The position numbers and the translations under genes are program-made. The notes under the pieces are model-generated. The model saw only the letters and a list, made by a program, of their open reading frames with translations. It made no database searches and was not told where the DNA came from. A stretch of 64,000 nt of DNA, taken from NCBI RefSeq assembly GCF_009914755.1, contig NC_060929.1; one strand, given 5' to 3'. This document shows, piece by piece, positions 16,469-36,676 of this stretch (position 1 is its first letter; every line of letters starts with the position of its first letter). This DNA comes from the human T2T-CHM13v2.0 reference genome, Homo sapiens.

Positions 16469-16648
16469 ACATACCTATATACATATATATGTGTGTGTAT
16501 ATATACATATATGCACACACACATAAATATATATGTAAATGCATATCTAAATGCATAGAGATTAGGATTGAGGATAGCATTTATGGAAACTTTCTCTGTT
16601 CTCATTACTTTATTGCTGTAAAAATAATGAATTTCCATATTACTTATA

Positions 16649-16980
16649 CAGATGGTCTCCAACTTACCATGGTTTAGTTTACAATTTTTTGACTTTAAAA
16701 TGGTGTAAAAATGATACACATTCAGTAGAAACCATACTGTAAGTATCCACACAACCATCCTGTTTTTCACTTTTAGTACAGAATTAAATAAATTATATGA
16801 GATATTCCATACTTTAATATAAAGTAGGCTTTGTGTTAGACAATTTTGCCCAATTGTAGACTAATGTAATGTTCTAAGCATGTTTAAGGTAGACTAGGTT
16901 AAGCTATGGTATTTAGTAGGTTAGGTGGATTAAATGCATTTTCACCTTATCAGGATTTATCAGGTCGGAATCCCATTGTA
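16649..16980 (-). mobile_element. MER47A-like (Tigger)
   Basis: Reverse match to recalled MER47A; TA then cagatggtctccaacttac TIR. Confidence 0.8.
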
Positions 16981-17165
16981 TAATAGCCTATAGTTTTTAG
17001 CGTCTTTTCCCGCTTTTAAAAGAAAGACCAACGTTGAGCATTTTGATGCAAATTAATTTCACGGGTCTCCAAGCATGGCTGAGAACTCAGTGGGAGCAGG
17101 ACACACACTTTACAGAGTACCACAAAATGGGTGTTTAATAACTATTAAAAAAGGAATGAACCAAC

Positions 17166-17334
17166 CAATGAATAAATGACAGTCTCAGTAAATATTATAC
17201 TTAAAGTTTCTAAGCATTGGTTGAGGTTTGGAACCTGGCAATTTGTAGGGAGACATTAGAGGATATTCAAAGTAAAAACTAAAATCACTCTCTTTTACTC
17301 TGTATTGATTTGTTAATGGTGCTAAGGACTGAAT
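17166..17334 (-). pseudogene. Pseudo-exon E8 (169 nt)
   Basis: cttaatttgcttttggag|ATT CAG...ATT G|gttggt; phase 0 to 1; 56 codons with one TGA (CGA-type). Confidence 0.6.
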
Positions 17335-17694
17335 CTCCAAAAGCAAATTAAGATTTACATATTAAGATTTTTTTCTCTAGCCCAGGACATTAATTTGTTA
17401 ATTTTTCTCTTATAGTTTTTGAACGTAGATAATACATAATTAACATAATGTGGCATTTTAGGGACAGCTTCCTAAGCTTTCATTAGCCATTAAACATAAA
17501 TACAAATTTTAAAATATAACCAACATTTCATTTTAATTCTTTTAATTATTAAACACCTTATTTTAGTATTTTGCTAAAAGTCACAAATTCCATTTCAATT
17601 TGGTATCTACCTAATTTTAATGCAATCCAAAAACTCTACAACATTTCTTAATAAAAGTTAATTAACAGGGGAGTATAGATTAAACAACATCCCC

Positions 17695-19300
<1,606 letters not shown>

Positions 19301-19384
19301 ACAAAACAACATCCTCTAAAATTTTATCTATGAAAAGTTTGTCAGCATAACATAATGTAAATGTAAGCATGTAGAAGAATTAAG

Positions 19385-19725
19385 AGTAGAGTTCATTGAA
19401 AATGTGGATGCTATAACTTTATTCCAAGCCTACTGAATTGGAATCTCCTGCACTGGGACTGAGGAAATTGTATTTTAACACACTCCATTGGTGAATCTTT
19501 TGCACACCAAACTTTAGGACTGCTGAGACAGAATGCTGCACTCTTCTTTGAACTTGTACACCTTTGCTAGTCAAAGTGTGGTTCTAGGACAAGCAACATC
19601 CACATATCATAGGAGCTTGTTAGAAATGCAGTCTCAGATAACACTCAACACTGACTGAATCAGAATATGTATTTTAACAAGAGCCTTCATTGATTCATAG
19701 GCACATTAAAGTTTGAAAAGCAGTA
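19385..19725. mobile_element. Two MER5-family (hAT-Charlie) fragments
   Basis: actgaatcagaat..attttaacaag..cattaaagtttga motifs seen twice. Confidence 0.7.
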
Positions 19726-19829
19726 TGATAATACAATATACTACCTTTTTGTTATGATTTAAATTTAAAAATTATAGGGATGAGTGTATTTTTTAAGTAC
19801 AAAAGGGATAAAATGTAAAGGAAAAGTGG

Positions 19830-20878
<1,049 letters not shown>

Positions 20879-20978
20879 ATTTCTTTGTAAGTAAACAATT
20901 TTCTTTTTACTGTAAGCTTTTCAGATTTTCTCTTATTCTTGGAGTGATGAAATTTCCCCTAGAAAGTATCAAAATTAA

Positions 20979-21379
<401 letters not shown>

Positions 21380-21635
21380 TAAGCCTGTAAAAATTTTCTT
21401 CTACTCTTTCTTTGATTATTTCCTCTGCTTCACCACTTCTATTCTCTGCTTTAGAATCTTGGACTAACATTCACCTGACTGAACAATAATTCTGATTGGA
21501 TGGCTTCCATTTTGATCAGTCTGTGCCTATGTCATACACGTAGGTAAATATTTTGAACGTTACTTCCAACTGGATTTATGCTTTGGGTCCTTAAACACTT
21601 TTGCTCTCATGTTTTCCATTCCTGTGCTATGTTTC

Positions 21636-21770
21636 TATAATGGATTGAATTGTTGACCCCAAAAGACAAGTCTATCCAGAACCTCTGAGTGACCTTATCT
21701 GGAATAGGGCCTTTGAAGGTATAATTAAGGTAAAGATCTTGAGATGAGACCCTTGTGAATTAGGTATGAG
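21636..21770 (+). mobile_element. MLT1 (MaLR) LTR 5' fragment
   Basis: gattgaattg..ccccaaaaga..gtgaccttat.tggaatagggcctttg. Confidence 0.65.
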
Positions 21771-22199
21771 TGTCTCTATGCTGGGCAAAGGGAAGCTGAC
21801 ATGGTTACTCAGACTGCCATCTTGAACTAGAAGTCCGTATCTACTGTTTCATGTTGTATTATTTTAACTTCTCTAATAAATTATAAATTCCTGAAGAATA
21901 GGGATTTCTTTCTTCACTTATGTCTCCTATAGAAATTAGCATAAATGCACATTTAAAAATTAATCAAATGAATGAATTCATAAGTTAGTAAGTACATGAG
22001 TGAGTGAAAGAAAGCCAGTAAAACAAAGTTAAAAGCTAAACTGCCAAAGTGAAGGAAAAATCTAATACTTTTGCTGTTTGAAAAGCGGCAGAAGTGAATT
22101 GTAACTTAACACATATGTGAGTAAAAAGCATTAATCTTCAGCTTTCAATTAACATGCCTCTTAATGCAAAATTTCATTTCACTGGATCAGATAACTCAC

Positions 22200-22389
22200 A
22201 TTCTCTTCCTAATTGCCAGGATATTCAATATTTATCATTTTAGATCTAGTCATCTTCAAGAAACATTTTTATTAGATTTTTGTAAATGTGTAGATTACTA
22301 ACTATGCAAAGAGATGTGGATCCATTTGTACTTGGCAAATGCATTTCTGCTTGTTAAATTCACTGAGTTTTTGTGCTTGAAAATCAATA
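22200..22389 (-). pseudogene. Pseudo-exon E7 (190 nt)
   Basis: caacttgttctag|T ATT GAT...GAG AAT|gtgagt; phase 2 to 0; IDFQAQKLSEFNKQKCICQVQMDPHLFA*..., 4 stops. Confidence 0.6.
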
Positions 22390-22671
22390 CTAGAACAAGT
22401 TGAATGGAATAATCTGTGGGGGGCTCTATAATCTTAGTATCTTAATTTCAAAATTGGACATTTTCCAAATTGAGAAAGCCTTTTAAAAAGCGACTCAAAG
22501 TCAATTTATTCCATTCCTATACAACTTATAACCCTACAAGTCAGTAGTGGAAAAGAGGAGAGGATCAGCTTTATTAAGTGGAGACATTTAAGCTGGTCTT
22601 AGAGAATAAGAGGGAATCCACCAGGTAGAAGAAAGGACAAAGGGCATTCTAGGCAGAGGAAGCAAAGAAGC

Positions 22672-24802
22672 ATCCAACAAATTAAGATTAAAAGGGAGCA
22701 TCCTCAACATGGTAAAGGGCATCCAAAAAAACTCATAGCTACCCAGCATCATACTTAATGGTGAAGGATGAATACTTCCCCCTGACCCTAAGATCAGGAA
22801 CAAGCAAGGATGTTTGCTCTCTTCACATCTATTCAACACTGCACTAGAGATTCTTGCCAGGACAATTACCAAGAGAATAATATGAAAGTCATCCAGATTG
22901 GAAAGGAAGAAATAAAGTTATCTCTACTTGCAAATGACATGGTCTTGAATATAGAAAACCCTAAGGAATCCACTACAAAACTACTAAAACTAATAAACAA
23001 GTTCTACAAGATTGCAGGACAAGATTAATATATAAATTAATTTCTATTTGTAACCAATAAGGAAATTTAAAACAAACGAAAAAAATAATTCATTTACAAT
23101 AGCTTGAAAAACAATAAAATACTCGTAAATAAATTTTTAAAAATAAGCAAAATTTATACTCTGAAAACTATATAACATTTTGAAAGAAATTATGAAGATA
23201 AATAGAAAGACATCCCATATTCATGGATCAGAGGATTTAATATCATTAAGATGGCAATGCTCCCCAGATTTAACACTCTATCAGAATCCCAGTTAGCTTC
23301 TTTGTAAAAATGCACAAGCTATTCCTAAAATTCATATGGAAATTCAAAGGAACCAGAATAGCCAAAACAATTTTGAGAAAGAACAAAATTGAAGTACTCA
23401 CACTTCATAATTTATTAATAAAAACTTGCTACAATGCTAAGTAAACAAGATAATGTAGTATTGTCATGAGAACAGAAATACAGATAAATGGAATAGAACT
23501 GAGAGTCCATGAGTAAAGCCTAACACTTATGGTCAATTAATTTTTGACAAAGGTGCCAAGAAAATAAAATGGGGAAAAAATAGTCTTTCAACATATGGTT
23601 GGGACAACTGGGAAAATTGTATATCTTCATAGAAAAAATTAAAGTTGGACTCCTACCACATATTATATAAAAAATTAACTCAAAATACATCAAAGAACTA
23701 AAGGTAAAAGCTAAAGCTATAAAACTCTTAGAAGAAAACACAGGTATGATTCTCCAGGAACTTGAATTAGACAATGGTGTCTGACACAAAAAGCACAGCA
23801 AGAAAAGAAAAAATAACGGTACTTCATCAAAATTAATGTGAAATAATTTGCGTTTCAAAGGATACCAACAAGAAAGTGAACAGGCACCCCACAGAACAGG
23901 AAAAGCTATTTGCAAATCATGTTTGATAAGGGACTTGTATCTAGAATATATAAAGAACTTTTACACACAATACACACAATATTTACACACAATATTTAGC
24001 ACAATAATAAAAGCTAAATAATGTAAAAACTAATGAGCCAATTTAAAAATGGGCAAAGGATATGAACAGACATTTCTCCAAAGAAGATAAACACATGGCC
24101 AATAAGCACATGAAAAGAAGATCAACATCATTATCCATTAGGGAAATGCAAATCAAGACCACAATGAAATAATATTTCACACTCACTAACATAACTACAA
24201 TCAAGAAAATGGAAAATAACAAGTGTTGACAAGGATGTGGAAAAACTAGGATATTCATACACTGCTGGTGGGAATATAAAATAGTATATCCACTTTGGAA
24301 AATAGTCTGGAAGTTCCTTGAAAAGCTAAACATAGAGCTTCCATATGATCTAGCAATTCCACTCCTGGTTATATGCCCAAGAGAAATAAAAACACATGTA
24401 CAAATGAACACAATTGTTCATAGTAACACTATAATTCATAAAAGTGGCAACAATTCAAATGCTCATAAATCAATGAGTGAATAAATAAAACATGGTATAT
24501 TCATATAAGGAATATTATTTGGCAATAAAAATTAATGAAGTACTAATACATGTTATAACATAGATGAACCCTGAAAACATCATGCTAAGTCAGACACATA
24601 AGATTACATACTGTAATTCCATTTATATTAAATGCTCAGAAAAACAATAGTGACAGAACACAGATTAGTGGTTGCCTAGGGTTCAGGGGACTGGAGGTAA
24701 TAGAGACTGAATGGTAATGGGTACAGGGTTTCTTTTGGGGGTTATGAGTGAATTGTATAGTATGTGAATTATATCTCAATGAAGCTGTTATAAGAAAAAA
24801 AA
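22672..24802 (+). mobile_element. L1MB-like ORF2 3' half and 3'UTR
   Basis: Degenerate RT ([18 protein letters not shown]) and L1MB-type 3' end. Confidence 0.85.
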
Positions 24803-24873
24803 TTAAGAATCTCTGGAGACTGAGAATCATGACATTTTAGAGACAGGACATTTCTATCTCTCATTTTATAGAT

Positions 24874-25170
<297 letters not shown>

Positions 25171-25321
25171 ATTTTATAGATATTTTTTAAAGGCACTTGG
25201 TTTTGCATTAGGTCACAAAATTTGAAGACTACACTTATAATTTAACATTTATTAAATGTTGATATATATGATTTCAGGAAATTTGTTCATTATAGAAGTC
25301 AAATTATATATTTATACCCAC

Positions 25322-25666
25322 TGACATACATATGTCTTTTTATATCCATCCAATAGATCAATGATTTTCAGGGATTTTGTTATTGTTGTTGTTTTTACTA
25401 ATCCTAACACACTTAAGGGTGTGTCAGGAAAAAATGTTTTGTGAACATGACCAGAATTAAATCATAAATATTGACTATCCTGGCAAGAAAGAAGAGACTA
25501 TGAGTTATCTAGTCCAGTGAAATGAAGATGACATGTTAATAGAAGAATCTGGCAAGTTCCCATCAAGATATGATCTTAAATATAGAACATCTTTCAATAG
25601 AGCAGCAGGGGTGGTGAATAGGGGGCTTATCTCTGGGACAGAGGAGGGACATGAGTGTTTGATAAC
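25322..25666 (-). pseudogene. Pseudo-exon E6 (donor at 25322 or 25330)
   Basis: ttcaacttgcag|GTT ATC...; VIKHSCPSSVPEISPLFTTPAALLKDVLYLRSYLDGNLPDSS, then a frameshift to ...FNSGHVHKTFFPDTPLSVLGLVK...DLLDGYKKTY. Confidence 0.55.
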
Positions 25667-25746
25667 CTGCAAGTTGAAATATATATATTTTGGAAAAATT
25701 TTCTCCCCTCAAATCCTGAAGAACACATATAGGGAGCTGTGTTTAC

Positions 25747-25982
25747 CCCAATCTAGTGAAAATCACTATGCAAACAATATTCAACAGTTTCTGCATACTC
25801 TTCAAAATGCTTTTTAAATATCTCTGCTAAATCTGATTAAATTGATCAGAGTTTGGACAAAATGAAGTGGGTCAGAGGAGAGTAAATCTGAATTACACTG
25901 ATGACCAGAATATGAATAATGAGTGTTATCAGAGTGAGACACATTAATCCAGAGAGGTAAGTGCAAGTTCTCATAAAATTGT
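25747..25982 (-). pseudogene. Pseudo-exon E5 (236 nt; end of SPOC plus helical segment)
   Basis: tgtgtttaccaag|AC AAT...ATT GGG|gtaaac; phase 1 to 0; ...YLSGLMCL...VIQIYSPLTHFILSKL*SI*SDLAEIFKKHFEEYAE; 80-nt intron to E6. Confidence 0.65.
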
Positions 25983-26257
25983 CTTGGTAAACACACATAA
26001 ATACAAAGGCTACAGACTAGCATATCCCCACATCCCAAGAGTTCCTAGCACATAGTAGGTTCTCAATAAATATTTACTGAATACAAGAATAAAAATGTGA
26101 TTGAGAAAGAGAGAGAAGCTGAAGGAGAAAACAGGAATGAAAGTTTAAAAGATGAAGGAGAGAAATTAACAACGAGGAGACCTAGGGAGAAAGAAGGGAC
26201 AGAAAGCACAACTGCAGCAGTCACTTTGTAACAAATCCAAAATGAAAAAAAGAATGA

Positions 26258-26729
<472 letters not shown>

Positions 26730-26799
26730 AACTGCCATTTTTTAATTCTGTATTTACCACTTCATCAAAAGTCAATACAGATATTGTAACAGCAACACT

Positions 26800-26990
26800 G
26801 TACAGAAGTATTTTATAGTTTATGAAATATTTTCCCATGTTTTAGCTCATTCCTGACAATCTAAGAGGTAAATATATTATTTTTATTTAGCAGATGAAGA
26901 AACTTTGGTTTTGAGGGTTTAAATAACATGAGCAGGAACATACAAGCAGAGGAGCTGGAACTTCAACCAGCCCTCAACCCATGCCTCTAT
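26800..26990 (-). mobile_element. MIR
   Basis: ttttatttagcagatgaagaaact core. Confidence 0.6.
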
Positions 26991-27109
26991 AATGGGTGTT
27001 AGGAATCAAGAACCACAGTGTAGGACAAAAAAGAGATACCAAACCTGTTCATCTTCAACCCTTTCAGAAAAAAAAAAAAAAAGTTCTAGAACATATGTAT
27101 TATCCTTAG

Positions 27110-28097
27110 TTTTGATGCTATTTCAATGGACTATTCTTGCTTATCTAGAAATCACCTTCTTGAAAGTCACCAATGATCCATTAATCAGCAAAGCCAAAGA
27201 ACTCTCAATTTTCAATCCACTTTTCTAATCTATACCATCCAACACTATTTACCATTCCTTCCTTCTTTAATCTGTTTCTTCTCATGACCCTGTTCTGTCA
27301 TCTCTTTGCCTTTCTTCTCCTGCAATTGCTCCACATATCTGTTTCCTTCAAATGTATGAAGACACAACATAAACAGACCTTTATCACTCTTACTTCCACC
27401 ACAATTCTTGAGCTTGATTTCCCCACAAGAACATCCCACTAATCCCATATAGCATGACCAAAAGGGAATTGTATCATCCCCAATTGTCTTCCAACATTCT
27501 TGACTTTGGCTAATAGCATCACTATTCTTCCAGTAACTAAGTCAAAACATTGAGGGGAGAAAGTTTTGCCGCCTCCTCTTGTCCTCTTTTCCTCTTCCCT
27601 GGCCAATCAGCCATGAAACACCAGTTACATTACTCAGAAATTCTTTCTTATCAATAGTCTCAACTTAGTCCATGGTCTCTGAACTATTTGTGTTTTCCTA
27701 AGAAATATTTCCCTTTGCCTGGCCCCTCTCTTTTCCTCCCTCTCTCCTTCTGTCACACCTACAGTTTTTCTACTGTTAGCAGAGTTATTGCTCTTAAAGA
27801 TTATTCCTATACTCAAAAACTTTCAGAGAATCCCTATAATCCACAGAATTAAGTCAAGATTCCATAGCACAACTTTCAATGCCATCCATGATCCAGTCTC
27901 AATTTACTCTTTTAGTAAAGAGTAATTTCCCCTAAAAGTCTATTTGCCATAAAACTGGATTATTCTATGCTTCTGAATATATCTGGGGTTCACCAGTGGC
28001 TAAACTTTAACTCATGTTAGGCCACTTCATCACATACCTGTCCCTGGAATGTTCCCACACCGGTCCCAATTATCTTTCAAGGTTTTGTCTGAACATT
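27110..28097 (+). mobile_element. L2 fragments (continue at about 33388-33600)
   Basis: aaagtcaccaatga..aaagccaa; cctggaatgttccc motifs. Confidence 0.6.
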
Positions 28098-29117
28098 AAG
28101 AAGCTCTTTTGATTTTGGATCTTTCCTGCTTTCTCTTGTGGGCATTTAGTGCTATAAATTTCCCTCTACACACTGCTATGAATGTGTCCCAGAGATTCTG
28201 GTATGTTGTGTCTTTGTTCTTGTTGGTTTCAAAGAACAACTTTATTTCTGCCTTCATTTCGTTATGTACCCAGCAGTCATTGAGGATCAGGTTGTTCAGT
28301 TTCCATGTAGTTGAGCGGTTTTGAGTGAGTTTCTTAATCCTGAGTTCTAGTTTGATTGCACTGTGGTCTGAGAGATAGTTTGTTATAATTTCTGTTCTTT
28401 TACATTTGCTGAGGAGGAGAGCTTTACTTCCAAGTATGTGGTCAATTTTGGAATAGGTGTGGTGTGGTGCTGAAAAAAATGTATATTCTGTTGATTTGGG
28501 GTGGAGAGTTCTGTAGATGTCTATTAGGTCCACTTGGTGCAGAGCTGAGTAAAATTCCTGGGTATCCTTTTAACTTTCTGTCTTGTTCATCTGTCTAATG
28601 TTGACAGTGGGGTGTTAAGGTCTCCCATTATTATTGTGTGGGAGTCTAAGTCTCTTTGTAGGTCACTCAGGACTTGCTTTATGAATCTGGGTGCTCCTGT
28701 ATTGGGTGCATATATATTTAGGATAGTTAGCTCTTCTTGTTGAATTGATCCCTTTACCATTATGTAGTGGCCTTCTTTGTCTCTTTTGATCTTTGTTGGT
28801 TTAAAGTCTGTTTTATCAGAGACTAGGATTGCAACCCCTGCCTTTTTTTGTTTTCCATTTGCTTGGTAGATCTTCCTCCATCCCTTTATTTTGAGCCTAT
28901 GTGTGTCTCTGCATGTGAGATGGGTTTCCTGAATACAGCACACTGATGGGTCTTGACTCTTTATCCAATTTGCCAGTCTGTGTCTTTTAATTGGAGCATT
29001 TAGTCCATTTACATTTAAAGTTAATATTGCTATGTGTGAATTTGATCCTGTCATTATGATGTTAGCTGGTTATTTTGCTCGTTAGTTCACGCAGTTTCTT
29101 CCTAGTCTCGATGGTCT

Positions 29118-30134
29118 CTACATTTTGGCATGATTTTGCAGCGGCTGGTACCGGTTGTTCCTTTCCATGTTTAGTGCTTCCTTCAGGAGCTCTTTTAGGG
29201 CAGGCCTAGTGGTGACAAAATCTCTCAGCATTTGCTTGTGTGTAAAGGATTTTATTTCTCCTTCACTTATGAAGCTTAGTTTGGCTGGATATGAAATTCT
29301 GGGTTGCAAATTCTTTTCTTTAAGAATGTTGAATATTGGCCCCCACTCTCTTCTGGCTTGTAGAGTTTCTGCCGAGAGATCCACTGTTAGTCTGATGGGC
29401 TTCCCTTTGTGGGTAACCCGACCTTTCTCTCTGGCTGCCCTTAACATTTTTTCCTTCATTTCAACTTTGGTGAATCTGACAATTATGTGTCTTGGAGTTG
29501 CTCTTCTCGAGGAGTATCTTTGTGGCACTCTCTGTATTTCCTGAATCTGAATGTTGGCCTGCCTTGCTAGATTGGGGAAGTTCTCCTGGATAATATCCTG
29601 CAGAGTGTTTTCCAACTTGGTTCCATTCTCCCTGTCACTTTCAGGTACACCAATCAGACGTAGATTTGGTCTTTTCACATAGTCCCATAATTCTTGGAGG
29701 CTTTGTTCGTTTCTTTTTACTCTTTTTTCTCTAAACTTCCCTTCTCGCTTCATTTAATTCATTTCATCTTCCATCACTGATACCCTTTCTTCCAGTTGAT
29801 CACATCGGCTCCTGAGGCTTCTGCATTCTTCACATAGTTCTCGAGCCTTGGCTTTCAGCTCCATCAGCTCCTTTAAGCACTTCTCTGTATTGGTTATTCT
29901 AGTTATACATTCGTCTAAATTCTTTTCAAAGTTTTCAACCTCTTTGCCTTTGGTTTGAATTTCCTCCTGTAGCTCAGAGTAGTTTGATCATCTGAAGCCT
30001 TCTTCACTCAACTTGTCAAAGTCATTCTCCGTCCAGCTTTGTCCCATTGCTGGTGAGGAACTGCGTTCCTTTGGAGGAGGAGAGGTGCTCTGCTTTTTAG
30101 AGTTTCCAGTTTTTTCTGCTCTGTTTTTCCCCAT
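29118..30134 (-). pseudogene. L1 ORF1, disrupted
   Basis: ATG at 30134; two in-frame stops; remaining 211 aa end in NRYQPLQNHAKM. Confidence 0.9.
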
Positions 30135-30275
30135 CTTTGTGGTTTTATCTACTTTTGGTCTTTGATGATGGTGATGTACAGATGGATTTTTGGTGTGGAT
30201 GTCCTTTCTGTTTGTTAGTTTTCCTTCTGACAGACAGGACCCTCAGCTGCAGGTCTGTTGGAGTTTGCTAGAGGT

Positions 30276-33149
<2,874 letters not shown>

Positions 33150-35263
33150 ACAATGAGAACACATGGACACGGGAAGGGGAACATCACATTCTGGGGACTG
33201 TTGTGGGGTGGGGGGAGGGGGGGGGAGGGATAGCATTAGGAGATATACCTAATGCTAGATGACAAGTTAGTGGGTGCAGTGCACCAGCATGGCACATGTA
33301 TACATATGTAACTAACCTGCACATTGTGCACATGTACCCTAAAACTTAAAGTATAATAATATTTAAAAAAAAAAGAAGCTCTTTTGAATACTGCCTCTAC
33401 TCCAAGGACTCAGTCAAAATGAATGCTACGTTTCTTAATCATTCTAATTTATTTTACCTCTCTTACTTGTTTTACCCATACTTATCCTATAGTTAACATA
33501 TATGGGTATCTCCCCACCAGATTACAATCTGTCATTTTTTTAATTCTGTACAGTTCTTGGCATAGAAATGCTTTGCAAATTCTTACTGAACTTTGGCAAC
33601 TCCAGCTGAAAAGCATTTGAATTAAAACATAAAAATCACTATACTGACAGGTAACATATGACATTTTACAACATCAGATTGACTTCTGGCAAAAAAAAGA
33701 AAATTGGCTTTTTACGTTTATTTCTAGATTAAATGTCTAGTGTAGTAGAAGTTATAAGGAAGTAAGCATATCTTAATAAAAATTCTGAACACTAATTTAT
33801 AGTTAATAAAGCAAACAATAAAAGTGTTTAATTGCTTTCATTTTTAATCACAGTACAAAAAAGTTGTAGCTATCTTTATTCTACTTGCAGATCCTCATAT
33901 AATCAGAATGAGTTAGTTATAAATACAGAGGTTTGAAGGGGTATAAAGGAAGATCAGTTATGATGCTCTTTATAAAATTCCTAGCTTTGACTCTCAGATA
34001 CAACCAGTATAATGACCTTGAAGCCTGACTTCGTCAACTCCATTTCCCTAAATGACCTACAATTTCTGACTTGTGTGCTAGGGTTGTTTTCTAGACCTGC
34101 CACAGACCCTACAAATATGAATTCAAATTCTATTTTTGCCACTTTGATGCTACAAAAACACTAAGCATTTTTTTTAAATAAAATGAGATCAGAAAAAAAA
34201 TAGTTTGCCAAACTAACTTCCTTTTGTCAAGAAAGCACAAGAAAGTTTTGTAACAGTGCATAAAAATAAAAGAGCACTAAATGTCAAATAAGAACATCCT
34301 GTTCTATAATGCTTGACTTTCAAATGTAATAAATTTAGCTTTACCAACCTAAAGGGGGGAAAGGCTAATCATAAGCACTAATTGCCCTTAATTTGAGGCC
34401 TTTTGTAAAAATCAAAACCCTCTGCTATATCAAAAAATATTTAAAAGTATCACCTTATAAAATAAAAAAATTATTTAAGTGTGTTAATTTCCTCATCAGT
34501 AAATATACATTTATGAATATCAAGACATCAGTGACATAAATTCCATAAATTTTTTTGAGTCAGTGACCATTTGTATTATATTTACTCATAACTCACAACC
34601 AGAGGGAGGGGAAATTTGCTCTCCAAAGAAGCAATTCAAGTTAAGGTATTTATTGTAAATTTCACAGCAATTCCCTTTGAATTACATAGAGTTAATTCGT
34701 TTGTGATTATCTTTAGTTTTAGTATTTTTGGCACAGAAATAATGTTATTCATCTATCTGTCTACTTTCCAAATAACATACGATCCATAAAATAACAAACC
34801 ACATTGTTATACAATAATTTTCTCTATGTGTAATAAATGTTAAGGCTTTGTGTGGAATACTAATCTTATTTTCTTATTCAAAAAAATCCAAGCATATTTA
34901 ACCTTATCATTCATCAATTTATCTCAATACTAAATAAACAACTAGAATATCTGTTCTCTAATATAAAAGTAAATTTTATTGGGTGTTTAATTAATCTCTC
35001 AACAAAGCACATTAATTTTTCTAGGATTATTTCAGAACAATAAATAAAACTAAAGAAAATAAAAACCACAAACCAGAGTGTAAATAATGAGCTAACACTG
35101 GGAATATTTCATTTTATATTACTTCTAGAGGAAATAATTATCACACAGTAATTTATGCCTAGTAAGTTACATTTTAATTTTAATAAAAAACCTAGAACTC
35201 TCCAATAAAATTCTTTCAAGTTCTAAAAGCACATCATAAAACAAATTGAGTACTTCAATATAC

Positions 35264-35658
35264 CAGATGTATCCAAGAGAAACAATTTGTAATACTATAG
35301 AGGCAAAAGTTGATCCCTCTCAAGAAAAGATAACAATCTCCTCTTCTCAAAGCAAATAGACTGAATTGATAACTAACTCCTATAGTCAAATAATGTATTC
35401 GTACTATAAGCAAAGGAATACCACATATATCTTTTGGTGAAAAGTTGACATAAAAGTAATTATCAACAGTCCAGCACTCTAGAATGCAGAAAACAAATTG
35501 GATTCGTGTAGGACATGCTGGAACTACAGCCCCTGAGAACCACTTGTAATACATAATTGATGATTCTTGTAACGCTCCCAATTTTGATATTTGCTAGTGT
35601 GGATTAGTGAAATAATTCTTCAAGTAATCACGTTTTTAGAAACTCATTCGATCTCTGC
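35264..35658 (-). pseudogene. Pseudo-exon E4 (395 nt; SPOC-like)
   Basis: aagacag|G CAG AGA...TCT G|gtatat; phase 2 to 1; LFH*STLANIKIGSVTRII...LLSFLERDQLLPL*YYKLFLLDTS; 6 stops. Confidence 0.65.
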
Positions 35659-36566
35659 CTGTCTTTTGAAAAAATACTTGGAAAATAAATGATCAATTCA
35701 ATATAAATTATAAAAAATGTATGTGCCTAGCCACAGCAAATGACAACTTCTCCATGTGTTATTTCTAAGTCCTTCTAGTGGATATTCTTTTTCTGAACCC
35801 ACAATCACCATAGCTGGTTTTCACTGACATGCTGGGAGTTCACACTAATTAGACCATTTTCCCAGGCAGACTCATATAATCTTCTCAGGACTGTGGAGTG
35901 AATTGGTCAGGAGTTGGATATGATTGCCTAAAGCAGAGCCTGGGATAACAATGATTCTTCATTATTATTTAGTAAAACAAGCAGAAGAGAGCAGGAGGAG
36001 GGGAGAACGAAGGGGTTATATGAGAAAGGAGGATTTCTCTTGTCCCTTCAACTCCCATCTCATCAATACATCTCATGCCCCTACACATTCCCATCTTGCT
36101 GAACTGTGACCTCCAAACGTTCTTTGCCTAACCCAAGGGTAGCTCTAGATACTTCTATCACCCAGTCTCGATCCCTCTTCTCCCCAGAATAAAGCTCCAC
36201 TAATATTTTAAGGGGTAAGATACTGGAGGTTTGTACCACTCACCCTATACCTTATCCACCTCACCTTGCCAAGGGTCACTGATTCAGACAGAGGTGTGGA
36301 TCAGCACAGGGAATATTCAAACCCACTGAAGGAAAACACTGTCAACTCACAGAGTTCCATACAAGTCTTTTCCTTCTAAATATCCTTATTCCTATTATAG
36401 AGAGGACTTTTTAATGATACAAAACCAAACAAAACAAAATTATATGACCCTAATGATGGCATTTCTTTTGACACTGATTGAGGTCTCTCTACCTTCATTC
36501 TTCATCTCAGGCAAGTGCTTGCCCTGAGCTGCGGTGTCAACACCTTCTCTTATAATCAGTGTTTAC

Positions 36567-36676
36567 TTTGCAGCATCCCTGGATCCACTCTGATGAACTA
36601 TCTAAGGTCGAGTTGGGCTTATGAGGTAATTTTCATCAAATAAATCAAGGAGGTGATTATGCTATCTGTGGTAAAC
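36567..36676 (-). pseudogene. Pseudo-exon E3 (110 nt)
   Basis: gaacctttcag|GTT TAC...GCA AA|gtaaac; phase 0 to 2, joins E4 as AA|G. Confidence 0.55.

Noticed and set aside
23963-24005. Short acacacaatattt tandem duplication
   Set aside because: Ordinary slippage within an L1; not CRISPR-like or functional.
25533-25961. Plus-strand 94-aa ORF and donor GAG|GTAAGT near 25957
   Set aside because: Better explained as the antisense shadow of pseudo-exons E5-E6; no compatible plus-strand exon chain found.
33193-33230. G-quadruplex-forming tract
   Set aside because: Standard L1 3'UTR feature.
35255-35581. Track ORF MGALQESSIMYY... (108 aa) as the coding frame of E4
   Set aside because: The phase-compatible, SPOC-like frame is a different one, although local frameshifts could borrow parts of it.
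35560-35658. PARP-like start motif (SNEF...KI..VTRI.N) in E4
   Set aside because: The segment fits better as the start of SPOC; the PARP-like domain is accounted for by E1-E2.
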